A stretch of 32,000 nt of DNA from Deinococcus radiodurans R1 = ATCC 13939 = DSM 20539 (GTDB lineage Bacteria > Deinococcota > Deinococci > Deinococcales > Deinococcaceae), in the NCBI RefSeq assembly GCF_000008565.1, contig NC_001263.1, positions 2,128,660 through 2,160,659 of the forward strand, in the 5' to 3' direction. Shown here in pieces: positions 12,967-23,749 of this stretch (its first letter is position 1; each line of letters starts with the position of its first letter). Made by a program: the position numbers and the translations under genes. The notes below the pieces were generated by a model. That model did not search any database. It was not told the DNA's origin and was given only the letters and a program-made list of their open reading frames with translations.

Positions 12967-13577
12967 GGGCAGGCGGCACGACCTCTGCCACCTCGTCCTC
13001 CCCCAGCGGCTCGAACTGCGACCTCAGCACCCGGTACGTGTTTTCCGCGACGTACAGATGCCCCGGCTCGCGCTCGTTGCGGGCCAGCACGCGGGCGAGG
13101 GCTTCTGCGTCGGGCAGCGTCAGGGCGTAGAGGCGCACCTCATGCGGTTTCAAATTGAGTCCCGGACATGTCCGGGCGCAATTTTGCGCGGAGCGCATGG
13201 AAAAAATACGGTTTTAAGGAGATGGACGGGCATCCGGCGCCTTTCCGGATGTTCGGGAATCGGATTAAAACCGTATCAGCACCAACTTCTGCCGCCACCG
13301 CCCGCAGGTGGTCACGCTCCGAACGCCGCCACACGCCACTGTCCAGAATCACGTGCCCACCGAGTTCGAGGCAGCGCCGCCAGCAGCCTTCCATCACCCC
13401 GCGCACCCGGTCCTGGGCGGCGCGGTACTCGCTTTCGGGCGGGTCCTCACCGGAGAGAGCCACCATCCACTCGTCCTGCGAGAAGCGGATGCCGGGCAGC
13501 TCGCGCTCCAGCCGCCGCGCCAGCGTGGTTTTGCCCACGCCCATAAAGCCGTGAAGAAGGTGGAGGGTGCCGGGCAT
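12944..13577 (-). pseudogene. P-loop kinase (AAA_33 / gluconate-kinase-like) gene disrupted by a family-A repeat insertion
   Basis: The N-terminal part is MPGTLHLLHGFMGVGKTTLARRLERELPG...AAEVGAD (13577-13275). The C-terminal part is EVRLYALTLPDAEALARVLARNEREPG...FEPLGEDE... (13141-12944), in a different frame. The two parts are separated by the repeat. Confidence 0.8.
13142..13276 (+). repeat. MITE-like small non-coding repeat, family A, copy 2 (inside the kinase gene)
   Basis: Same orientation and length as 6720-6854. The 131-bp core (13144-13274) is flanked by AT on both sides. Confidence 0.9.
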
Positions 13578-13583
13578 GGAGCA

Positions 13584-13589
13584 AGTGTA
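13584..13589 (-). promoter_or_regulatory. -10 box (TACACT) 6 nt upstream of the kinase ATG; leaderless-type
   Basis: The reverse strand reads gggcgtcTACACTtgctccATG. Confidence 0.4.
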
Positions 13590-13650
13590 GACGCCCTGTC
13601 CCTGCGGCGGCTGGAATAGACGCCGGGCCTTTTCCCCTCTTCCCGCCGCC

Positions 13651-13656
13651 TATCCT
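13651..13656 (+). promoter_or_regulatory. -10 box (TATCCT) 6 nt upstream of the hisD ATG; leaderless-type
   Basis: cgccgccTATCCTctccccATG. There is no Shine-Dalgarno. Confidence 0.45.
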
Positions 13657-13662
13657 CTCCCC

Positions 13663-14969
<1,307 letters not shown>

Positions 14970-14973
<4 letters not shown>

Positions 14974-15524
14974 CGCAGGGCGCCGTGCAGACCGACCCGG
15001 TCAGCCTCGTCATTCGCCGCCGCATCCGGCCCGGCAAGGAGGCCGAGTACGAGGCGTTGCTGAGCGAAGCCATTGCCATGCTCGCCGGGGTGCCTGGGCA
15101 CCGGGGCACCGGCATCGTCCGGCCCGGCGCGGGGGACCGCGAATACACGCTGATGGCCCGCTTCGACAACGTGGACAGCGCCGCTGCCTGGGAACACTCG
15201 CCGCAGCGCCTCGCCTGGCTGGACCGGGTGGGGGCGGTGGTGGACGAACACGTCAGCTTCGAGCGGCAGCCGGGGCTGGACTTCTGGTTCACGCCGCCCG
15301 CCGCGCCGACCTTACGGCAGCCGCCGCGCTGGAAAATGACGCTACTGACGCTCTCGGTGCTCTATCCGGTCAGCCTCGGCCTGAACTGGCTGCTCGGCCC
15401 CCACATCGGCCACTGGGCGCTGGCCCCACGGGTGCTGGTGCAGTCGGCGCTGGTGGTCACGCTGATGACTTACTTCTTCATGCCGCTGGCGACACGGACG
15501 GCGGCGGGGTGGCTGGCGAAGTAG
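14970..15524 (+). CDS. ABM (antibiotic-biosynthesis-monooxygenase-like) domain protein with C-terminal transmembrane segments
   Basis: 184 aa. The ATGA overlaps the hisD stop. The N-terminal ABM-like fold is SLVIRRRIRPGKEAEYEALL...ARFDNVDSAAAWEHSP. Two hydrophobic helices sit at the C-terminus. Confidence 0.7.
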
Positions 15525-15537
15525 GGGCAGCCAATGG

Positions 15538-15570
15538 AAAAGCCCCCACTGTGGACGTGTGGAGGCTTTT
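15538..15570 (+). terminator. Hairpin terminator after the ABM gene
   Basis: AAAAGCC(C)CCAC / GTGG(A)GGCTTTT stem with a 9-nt loop. The T-run is at the 3' side. Confidence 0.5.
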
Positions 15571-15604
15571 GGCTGGGGGTGGCGGGAGGGTTGGTCTGCA
15601 CGCC

Positions 15605-15656
15605 CCCTCACCCCTTTGCTTCGCAAAGGCCCTCTCCCACAAGGGGAGAGGGTCAG
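15605..15656 (+). repeat. Small structured repeat, family B, copy 1
   Basis: CCCTCACCCCTTTGCTTCGCAAAGGCCCTCTCCCACAAGGGGAGAGGGTCA. It is closely similar to the reverse complement of 20202-20250. Two hairpins: CCTTTGC..GCAAAGG and CCCTCTCC..GGAGAGGG. Confidence 0.75.
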
Positions 15657-15702
15657 AGGCGGAACCTATTTTTTACGAAATACCTAAGCAGAGGGGCCTT
15701 TC

Positions 15703-16182
15703 TTAACCCGCCTCCACCAGCCGCTTTTCTTCCTGCACGACCAGAGTGGCGCCTTCCACGCCGACAATTCGCACCGGGGTGCCGGCGGGCAGCTCCGGCC
15801 CCCGCGCCCGCCAGTCGCTGTCGCCCACCCGGACGCGGCCCACACCGTGTTCGATGGGGGTCACGACGGTGACGGTGCGCCCGATGAGGCGCTGAGCGCC
15901 GGTGTTGAGCTGCTCGCCCTCACTGCCGCCGAGGACGAGGCGCGACACGTAGCGGCGGCCCAGCCACACGGCGGCCACGCTCAGGCCCGCAAAGAGCAGC
16001 AACTGCCCCGGCACGTCCAGAAAGGGCAACACGAAGGTCAGGAGGCCCACGCCGAAAGCCGAGAGCGCGAGCCACACGAAAAACACGCCGGGGGCCAGAA
16101 TTTCCAGAATCAGCAGCAGCGCCCCGAACACCCACCAGTGCCAGGGGTGGACCGCTTGCCAGGTGGGGAGCCAGTCAGGCAC
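15703..16182 (-). CDS. NfeD-family membrane protein (short YbbJ type)
   Basis: 159 aa. Transmembrane helices are followed by a C-terminal OB-like domain [49 protein letters not shown]. Confidence 0.85.
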   Translation of the reverse strand: MPDWLPTWQAVHPWHWWVFGALLLILEILAPGVFFVWLALSAFGVGLLTFVLPFLDVPGQLLLFAGLSVAAVWLGRRYVSRLVLGGSEGEQLNTGAQRLIGRTVTVVTPIEHGVGRVRVGDSDWRARGPELPAGTPVRIVGVEGATLVVQEEKRLVEAG

Positions 16183-17209
16183 GGCTCACCCCTGCCGCTT
16201 GGGAGGCATGGCGCCGACGGTGACCGGCTGGGCGACGGGCACCGTCGTGCCCCGGGCGCGTCATCTGCGGCATGGCGGGCATCGGCGCAGGCTGGCTGCC
16301 GGGGGTAAAGGCTTCCTTCGCCACTTCCGCAATCCCTTGCAGGCTGCCGAGAATGCTGGTCGCCTCGATGGGCAAAATGAGCGTCTTCTGGTTGGGGGCC
16401 GAGGCCACGTCGCGCAGGGCTTCGACGTACTGCTGGGCGATGAAGTAGTTCACGGCCTGCACGTTGCCCCCGGCAATCGCCTGGCTGACCACGCGGGTCG
16501 CTTCGGCTTCGGCCTGGGCGCGGCGCTCCCTCGCCTCGGATTCCATGAACGAAGCCTGCTTTTCACCCTCGGCCTTGAGCACGGCGGCCTGTTTCTCGCC
16601 GTCGGCCTTCAGAATCGCGGCCTGCCGGAAGCCCTCGGCGTCGAGGATGTTGGCACGCTTTTCGCGCTCGGCCTTCATCTGGCGGGCCATGCTGGCGACG
16701 AGGTCGGCGGGCGGCTTGATGTCCTTGACCTCGATGCGCGTGACCTTGACGCCCCACGGCTCGGTGGCCTCGTCCACCACGACGAGCAGCTTGGCATTGA
16801 TGGTGTCGCGGTTGCTGAGCAGTTCGTCGAGGTCCATGCTGCCCGTCACCGTGCGGATGTTGGTCATGGTGAGGTTGAGCACGGCCTGTTCGAGGTTGCG
16901 GACTTCGTAGCTCGCCTTGGCGGCGTCGAGCACCTGATAAAAGACCACCGCGTCCACCGTCACGAGCGCGTTGTCCTTGGTGATGATTTCCTGGCTGGGC
17001 ACGTCGAAGACCTGCTCCATCATGTTGACCTTGCGGCCAATACGGTCAATGTAGGGAATGATGAGGTTGAGCCCGGGCTTGAGCGTGCGCTGGAACTTGC
17101 CGAAGCGTTCCTGCGTCCACTCGTTGCCCTGCGGCACGCTCTTGATGCCCGCCAGCAGCGTGATGATGACGAGCAGCACCAGCACGACCACGAAGATGGT
17201 AAATCCCAT
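16175..17209 (-). CDS. SPFH/band-7 (stomatin/QmcA-like) protein
   Basis: 344 aa: N-terminal transmembrane segment, then [32 protein letters not shown]...[18 protein letters not shown]. Strong AAGGAGG Shine-Dalgarno. It overlaps the nfeD start by 8 nt. Confidence 0.9.
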   Translation of the reverse strand: MGFTIFVVVLVLLVIITLLAGIKSVPQGNEWTQERFGKFQRTLKPGLNLIIPYIDRIGRKVNMMEQVFDVPSQEIITKDNALVTVDAVVFYQVLDAAKASYEVRNLEQAVLNLTMTNIRTVTGSMDLDELLSNRDTINAKLLVVVDEATEPWGVKVTRIEVKDIKPPADLVASMARQMKAEREKRANILDAEGFRQAAILKADGEKQAAVLKAEGEKQASFMESEARERRAQAEAEATRVVSQAIAGGNVQAVNYFIAQQYVEALRDVASAPNQKTLILPIEATSILGSLQGIAEVAKEAFTPGSQPAPMPAMPQMTRPGHDGARRPAGHRRRHASQAAGVSRA

Positions 17210-17241
17210 AGGTTGCCTCCTTAGTTCCGTCTACGCGGCAT

Positions 17242-17814
17242 TCACCGGGAAGGTTCCCGCAGCCGCAAGGTGCCGGCGTCCAGCGTCAGCAGGTCCAGGC
17301 AGCGCAGACTTTCCCACAGCGTGAAGGCGTCCAAGCCATTTGCCCGCGCCGCCAGCAAGCTGATGACAGTGCCATGCGCGACGACGGCGAGCGTGGGGTG
17401 CGGATTGACCGTCAGCACGGCGTTGATGGCGTTGGCAAAACGGCGCCAGGCGTCGTCCGCGCTTTCCTCACCGACCACCACTTGCCCCGGCTCAGCGAAG
17501 AAGCGGCGGAAGCGGTTCTGAAACTCGTCCGCCGATACGAGTTCGTTGCCGTAGCGCAGGTGCTCGTGCAGCCCCAGCATCGGGCGGCAGGGCACGCCGA
17601 GCGCGGCGGCGAGGGCCTGCGCGGTGGCTTTCGCCTTGGGTTCTTCGCTGCACACCACGAAATCGGGGCGCGGGTCGAGGCGGGCAAGGAGGTCAGGCAA
17701 CCCGTCCAGAGCGTCCGGCGCGAGGTGCCACTCGTGGGCCGGCACGTCGGGAACGAGGGTCGGCTGGCCGTGTTTGATGAGGTGCAGAGTCCGTGGCATG
17801 GCCCATGCAAGCAC
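17242..17814 (-). CDS. Histidine phosphatase (phosphoglycerate-mutase-like) family protein
   Basis: LHLIKHGQPT (a Lys sits where the RHG arginine normally is), and VVAHGTVISLL is the second His motif. The start is uncertain: GTG 17814 or ATG 17799. Confidence 0.7.
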   Translation of the reverse strand: MLAWAMPRTLHLIKHGQPTLVPDVPAHEWHLAPDALDGLPDLLARLDPRPDFVVCSEEPKAKATAQALAAALGVPCRPMLGLHEHLRYGNELVSADEFQNRFRRFFAEPGQVVVGEESADDAWRRFANAINAVLTVNPHPTLAVVAHGTVISLLAARANGLDAFTLWESLRCLDLLTLDAGTLRLREPSR

Positions 17815-17977
17815 GGGAGAGGGCGGGAAGCATCGGTCAAGTGGCGGACTAGAGGCTCCCGACTCCAGTTTCGCGTATCCGGGAAAAGCACCCGAATCCG
17901 CTTCACTTCCACCGAGAGCCTCTTTTGCCTGCTCGCTCCGCTCGGGTTGACGATTGCATCATCAACCGGCAGCTTCA

Positions 17978-17983
17978 TACACT
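17978..17983 (+). promoter_or_regulatory. -10 box (TACACT) 6 nt upstream of ATG 17990; leaderless-type
   Basis: cttcaTACACTcgtcggATG. This supports 17990 rather than the ORF-track start at 17954. Confidence 0.45.
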
Positions 17984-17989
17984 CGTCGG

Positions 17990-18769
17990 ATGTCGCTGCT
18001 ACCACCGCCGCCCCTCGTCCACCTGGAACACGTCACCGTCATCGCCGGGGGGCAGGCGCTGCTCCGCGACCTTTCGCTGACGGTCCGGCCCGGCGAGGCG
18101 CTGCGGCTGGCGGGGCCGAACGGCGGCGGCAAAACCACGCTGCTGCGGCTGCTCGCCGGGCAAGTTGCGCCCGTGAGCGGCACCCGGACGTATGCGCTCG
18201 GCGGACAGGTTCAGCCTTCCGCCGTGCAGGCGCGGCGTACCCTGAGCGTGGTGGGGCCGGACGCCGAGGCGTTTTATCTCACTCGCGACTGGGAACTGAC
18301 CGTGCGCGACGTGCTGCTGGCGGGCGCGGAGGGCGAACACCTGCGGCTGTGGGAAGCGACGCCCGAACAACTCGCCCGGTTGGACGAGGTGACTACACTG
18401 ACCGGCGTGGAGCCCTTGCTGGAGCGCGACTTTCGCACCCTCTCGCACGGGCAGCGCCGCCGGGTGATGCTGGCCCGCGCCCTGATGCCCGCGCCGCCCC
18501 TGCTGCTGCTCGACGAATTCACCGATGGCCTGAGCGAAGCGGCCCGCGCCGACCTCGGCGACGTGCTGCGCCGGGTCCATGCGGCGGGCACGGCGTTGGT
18601 GCTGGCGACCCACCGGCCCGAGGAAGCCCCGACGCTGAACTGGCGCACGGTGTACGTAGCGGGCGGCGAACTGAGCGACGAGCCGCCCGCCTTCCCATCC
18701 GCTCCCCTCGCTATTCCGGCGGCGCTTCCACTGGCCCCCTCTGCGGCACTGCGGCCCTCGTGGAACTGA
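17990..18769 (+). CDS. ModF-like ABC ATPase, first nucleotide-binding domain
   Basis: LAGPNGGGKTTLLRLLAG (Walker A), LSHGQRRRVMLARAL (signature), LLLLDEFTDGL (Walker B), LVLATHRPEE (H-loop). Confidence 0.8.
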   Translation: MSLLPPPPLVHLEHVTVIAGGQALLRDLSLTVRPGEALRLAGPNGGGKTTLLRLLAGQVAPVSGTRTYALGGQVQPSAVQARRTLSVVGPDAEAFYLTRDWELTVRDVLLAGAEGEHLRLWEATPEQLARLDEVTTLTGVEPLLERDFRTLSHGQRRRVMLARALMPAPPLLLLDEFTDGLSEAARADLGDVLRRVHAAGTALVLATHRPEEAPTLNWRTVYVAGGELSDEPPAFPSAPLAIPAALPLAPSAALRPSWN

Positions 18770-19440
18770 CGGATGCCGAGGTCTTCCGCAACGGCCACCG
18801 CGCCCTCGGCCCGCTGAGTTGGACCTGGGCAGCGGGGCAGCATTGGCTGGTTACGGGCGAAAACGGCAGCGGCAAAAGCACCCTGGCACGCCTGATTGCC
18901 GGCGAGTTGCACCCCGCGCTCGGCGGCAGCGTGGCGCGGCCTTTTCTGGCGCGGGACGTGCAAAGCGAGCGCCGCCGCACGACCGGGCTGGTGTCGGCGG
19001 AGGTGGGCATCCGGCAGCGCTCCGGCGTCTCCGGGCGCGAGTGGCTGGGCCGCGACGTGATCGCGAGTGCCTTTGCTGGAACGGAAGGCTTTACCGGGGA
19101 CGTGACCGCCGAGCAGTGGGACGCGGTAGGCACGCTGGCCGAGCGGCTGGAACTGGGCGAGCTGCTGAGCCGCGACGTGCAGGCCCTGTCGCAGGGGCAA
19201 CTGCGGCGGCTGCTGCTCGCCCGCGCCGCCGTGCACCGGCCCCGGCTGCTGCTGCTCGACGAAGGGCTGGACTTCGTGGACGATCACAACCGCGCCCTGT
19301 TTCTGAACCTGCTGCCGGAACTGGTCGCGGGCGGCACCCACCTGCTCGTCGTCGCGCACCGGGAGGCCGATGCGCTGCCGGGGCTGACCCACCACTTGCG
19401 GCTGGCGGGCGGGCGGGTGGCTGGACAACAGAAGCTCTGA
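18760..19440 (+). CDS. ModF-like ABC ATPase, second nucleotide-binding domain (a separate ORF or a frameshifted continuation)
   Basis: VTGENGSGKSTLARLIAG, LSQGQLRRLLLARAA, LLLLDEGLDFVD, LLVVAHREAD. The only plausible start is GTG 18760, which overlaps the upstream stop by 10 nt. Confidence 0.7.
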   Translation: MELTDAEVFRNGHRALGPLSWTWAAGQHWLVTGENGSGKSTLARLIAGELHPALGGSVARPFLARDVQSERRRTTGLVSAEVGIRQRSGVSGREWLGRDVIASAFAGTEGFTGDVTAEQWDAVGTLAERLELGELLSRDVQALSQGQLRRLLLARAAVHRPRLLLLDEGLDFVDDHNRALFLNLLPELVAGGTHLLVVAHREADALPGLTHHLRLAGGRVAGQQKL

Positions 19441-19513
19441 AAAGCAAACGTGGCGCCCGTCTTCCCTCCCCCGGCCCCCCGCACCCCGTCAGACTCGGCT
19501 CACCTTCAGGCCC

Positions 19514-19519
19514 TAGTCT
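19514..19519 (+). promoter_or_regulatory. -10 box (TAGTCT) 7 nt upstream of ATG 19527; leaderless-type
   Basis: ggcccTAGTCTgacgggcATG. Confidence 0.4.
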
Positions 19520-19526
19520 GACGGGC

Positions 19527-20111
19527 ATGAAGTTTGCTGCCCCCGCCTCCTCTGTGCTGGCCCTGTCCGTGCTGCTGCTGGCGGCTCCCCTCACGTCCGC
19601 GCAGGCGGCCCCGGCGGCCTCCGCGCCGACCGTCGCCAAGTCGAACCTCGTGACCATGCCCGGCTACAGCCTGACGGCGGCGGGCGGCTGGATCATGCTC
19701 AAAAACACCTACCAGGGCGACGCCGCGCTCGCCGGGGTGGCGCTGGCAGGCCCGGCGGTTAAGGGCAAACTCAACCCGAGTTTCATCGTGACTGTGACCG
19801 ACGTGAGCAACGTCCCCAAGGCCAACCGCACCCTCGGTGTGGCGCGTGACGTGCGCGCCGACGAACTGCCCACGGTGGTGCAGGAGTTCAAGTGGCTCGG
19901 CGAGCGCACCGTCAAGGTCGGCGGCAGCAGCACCCTGGGCGTGCTGTGGAGCTACAGCGGCAAGGAAGAAGGCGTGAGCCACCGCTGGTCGCAACTGATG
20001 ACCCTGCGCGGCGACAAGCTCTACACCGTGACCCTCGCCCTCCCTGAAGGCACCCGCCCCGAAGTGGCCGCCGCCGGGCGCGACATGCTCGATTCGTTCA
20101 AACTGCGCTGA
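19527..20111 (+). CDS. Secreted hypothetical protein
   Basis: MKFAAPASSVLALSVLLLAAPLTSAQA is a signal peptide and the rest is 194 aa of globular sequence. The upstream part of the 430-aa ORF-track call is Arg-rich nonsense. Confidence 0.7.
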   Translation: MKFAAPASSVLALSVLLLAAPLTSAQAAPAASAPTVAKSNLVTMPGYSLTAAGGWIMLKNTYQGDAALAGVALAGPAVKGKLNPSFIVTVTDVSNVPKANRTLGVARDVRADELPTVVQEFKWLGERTVKVGGSSTLGVLWSYSGKEEGVSHRWSQLMTLRGDKLYTVTLALPEGTRPEVAAAGRDMLDSFKLR

Positions 20112-20127
20112 AAACAGACAAAAGTAG

Positions 20128-20162
20128 AGGGCGCCTCGGCAAAAGCCGGAGCGCCCTTTTCT
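20128..20162 (+). terminator. Rho-independent terminator
   Basis: GGGCGC..ctcggcaaaagccgga..GCGCCC stem followed by TTTT (20157-20160). Confidence 0.6.
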
Positions 20163-20169
20163 CTGGTCT

Positions 20170-20272
20170 AAAGCATTTGACAAAGGAATGCCCTGCATTT
20201 TTGACCCTCTACCTTGATGGGAGAGGGCCTTGCGAACAAGGGGTGAGGGTGTCTTTTTCTGTCAAATGCTTT
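20170..20272. repeat. 103-bp MITE-like element with perfect 13-bp terminal inverted repeats; contains family-B repeat copy 2 (20202-20250, reverse orientation)
   Basis: AAAGCATTTGACA (20170-20182) and TGTCAAATGCTTT (20260-20272) are exact reverse complements. The interior carries hairpins CCCTCT..AGAGGG and CCTTG-cgaa-CAAGG, homologous to 15605-15656. Confidence 0.75.
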
Positions 20273-20284
20273 GGAAGGGAGCTG

Positions 20285-21090
20285 TTACAGCCTTTCCAAC
20301 CCGTCCGCCACCCCATTCAAATAAGCCGCGAGCGCCTCGTGGTCCGCCACCTGCTCATCGGCGTGCCGCGCCAGCAGCGGCAGGGTGCCCACCTGCACCG
20401 CGTACCCGGCGGTTTCGAGCATCACCTCGTCGTTGTCGCTGTCGCCGAACGCACCGTGCGTTCCAGCGGCACCTCCAGCAGCTCGGCAATACGGGTCAGC
20501 GCCGCCGCCTTGTGCGCTCCGGTAGGGGTCACGGTCAGGAAATGGGGGTACGGCTCCTGCCCGCCCGTCACGACGAGGTGAGGACGGGTCTTACGCAGCC
20601 GCCGCGCCAGGGTCGCCACCTCGGGGTGATAAAAGCCCGCCTTGACGATGCCGGTTTGCGGGGCCTCGGACAGCGGGTGGTAGCCCCGAGCGACCATCCA
20701 GGGTTCGGGCTCGCGGCCCGGCGGCAGGTCCACGTAAATCGCCTCCGGGGTAAACAGCACCAGTCGGGCGCCCTGCAACTCGTGGGCGAGCACCGCCTGC
20801 ACGTCTTCCAGCGAGAACTCGGCCTGCGCGTGGAGTTCGCCGCCCGCCTCAATGCGCCCGCCGTTGTTGGTGGCCGTAGCGTCGGCCTGCACGCCCTCGC
20901 GCACGCTGCGTGGCGGGGTGTCGCGCCCGGTGATGATGGCGAGCTTGACCCCCAGCGAGCGCAGCCGGGCCAGGGCCTGCGCCGTCGCGGGAGGCAGTTC
21001 GGTGCCGCCGTCACGAATCAGGGTGCCGTCGAGGTCGAAGGCGAGCAGCAGCGGCAGGCCACGGGGAAAGGAAGCGCGGGCGGCGGACAT
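20285..21090 (-). pseudogene. HAD-IIB (Cof-type) hydrolase with a 1-nt frameshift just before the GDSxND motif
   Basis: LLLAFDLDGTL (motif I) ... AELLEVPLERTV, then the frame breaks at ~20450-20451. Shifting one base gives FGDSDNDEVMLETAGYAVQVG...GLERL with a stop at 20285-20287. Confidence 0.8.
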
Positions 21091-21097
21091 ACGGCCC

Positions 21098-21103
21098 AGC
21101 ATA
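21098..21103 (-). promoter_or_regulatory. -10 box (TATGCT) 7 nt upstream of the HAD ATG at 21090; leaderless-type
   Basis: The reverse strand reads cccccTATGCTgggccgtATG. The ORF-track ATG at 21102 lies inside this box. Confidence 0.4.
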
Positions 21104-21139
21104 GGGGGCGGCGGCGCACTCCGGGCGCGGGGAGTCGCT

Positions 21140-21145
21140 TATGAT
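21140..21145 (+). promoter_or_regulatory. -10 box (TATGAT) 7 nt upstream of GTG 21153; possible leaderless start of the TetR gene
   Basis: cgctTATGATgggcgctGTG. It sits back to back with the HAD promoter, 36 bp apart. Confidence 0.35.
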
Positions 21146-21755
21146 GGGCGCTGTGAGTTTGCCCCCGCCCAGTTCCCGCGCTTCCTTTTCCTCGCAAGAG
21201 ACGACCCGTGAACGTATCCAGACCGAGGCGGCGCGGCTCTTTGTCGCCAGCGGCTACCACGGCGTGAGCATGCGCGAGGTGGCCGAGGCGGTGGGCGTGA
21301 CCAAGCCGGCCCTCTACCACCACTACGCCGACAAAGAAGCCCTGTTTCTGGCGATGCTCGACGGCGCCCTCGCCACCCTGGCGCGGCTGGTCGAGCACGC
21401 CGGGCAGCAGCAGGGCATCCGGGCGCAGCTCGACACCCTGATTCGCGACCTGCTCGACACCGCCCCCGAACAGCGGGTGGGCCTGCAACTCGCTTCCGAA
21501 CTGCGCCACGTCTCGCCCGAGCGCCGCGCCGCCTTCGAGACGGAGTACCGCCGGGTGTGGATGGGCGGCCTGACCGCGCTGATCGAGGCGGCAGTCGAAC
21601 GCGGCGAACTGCGAACCGACCTCTCCCCCGCCACGCTGACCCTGGCGCTGCTCGCGGTGCTCTACCCGCTGGTGAGTGGCCCCGGCGCCCGGCAGCCGCA
21701 GCAGACCGCGCAGGCACTGCTCAGCGTGTATTTCGACGGCGCTGGCCCGCGCTGA
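21141..21755 (+). CDS. TetR/AcrR-family transcriptional regulator
   Basis: TRERIQTEAARLFVASGYHGVSMREVAEAVGVTKPALYHHYADKEALF is the helix-turn-helix. The start is either ATG 21141 or GTG 21153. Confidence 0.9.
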   Translation: MMGAVSLPPPSSRASFSSQETTRERIQTEAARLFVASGYHGVSMREVAEAVGVTKPALYHHYADKEALFLAMLDGALATLARLVEHAGQQQGIRAQLDTLIRDLLDTAPEQRVGLQLASELRHVSPERRAAFETEYRRVWMGGLTALIEAAVERGELRTDLSPATLTLALLAVLYPLVSGPGARQPQQTAQALLSVYFDGAGPR

Positions 21756-21785
21756 CCTCGACAGGGCTGACCTCCACAAGGAAAG

Positions 21786-21827
21786 CCGCCCCCCTCATAC
21801 CGATACCGAGGTGGGGCGGTTTCTGTT
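21786..21827. terminator. Hairpin terminator between the convergent TetR and yidC genes
   Basis: CCGCCCCCCTC / GAGG(T)GGGGCGG stem with an 11-nt loop, followed by TTTCTGTT. Confidence 0.6.
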
Positions 21828-21851
21828 GGGACGCACTTAATTGATGAGCGC

Positions 21852-23458
<1,607 letters not shown>

Positions 23459-23462
<4 letters not shown>

Positions 23463-23749
23463 GAAGGTTGGTCCGTTGGGGGGTGGTCCGTAGGGGGGGA
23501 GCCCTGGGGGCGCGGGTGACGGGCGGGAAAGTGCTCGGGCACCGGATCAAAGCCGCCCGGCACCAGCGGGTTGCAGCGCAGGACGCGCCACAGGGCGAGC
23601 CAGCCGCCCTTGAGCGCACCATGTCGGTCGAGTGCCTGAGCAGCGTACTCCGAACACGTCGGGCTAAACCGGCAGGTCGGCGCGGGCTTGCGCGGCGAAA
23701 GGACGCGCTGATACCAGCGCACCGCCCGCACCAGCGGCGCCGCGCTCAT
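23459..23749 (-). CDS. yidD: Membrane protein insertion efficiency factor YidD
   Basis: [31 protein letters not shown]...[18 protein letters not shown] overlaps with both rnpA and yidC. It has an unusual Pro/Thr/Asp C-terminal tail. Confidence 0.9.
23466..23497. repeat. Two tandem ~16-nt G-rich units at the yidD 3' end
   Basis: GGTTGGTCCGTTGGGG followed by GGTGGTCCGTAGGGGG. On the reverse strand they encode [11 protein letters not shown]. Confidence 0.6.

Noticed and set aside
13142-13276. A TA target-site-duplication (Tc1/IS630-like) model for the family-A repeat
   Set aside because: With TA boundaries, copy 2 would have TG/TA flanks. Removing the core plus one duplication (131 nt) would not restore the kinase reading frame. 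The AT-flanked 133-nt model does.
18819-19526. An upstream extension of the 19527 gene (430-aa ORF) and the 17374-18759 part of the 688-aa ORF
   Set aside because: Both are Arg/Ala/Gly/Pro-rich nonsense overlapping real ABC domains in other frames. The signal peptide and -10 box support ATG 19527. Walker motifs define the true frames.
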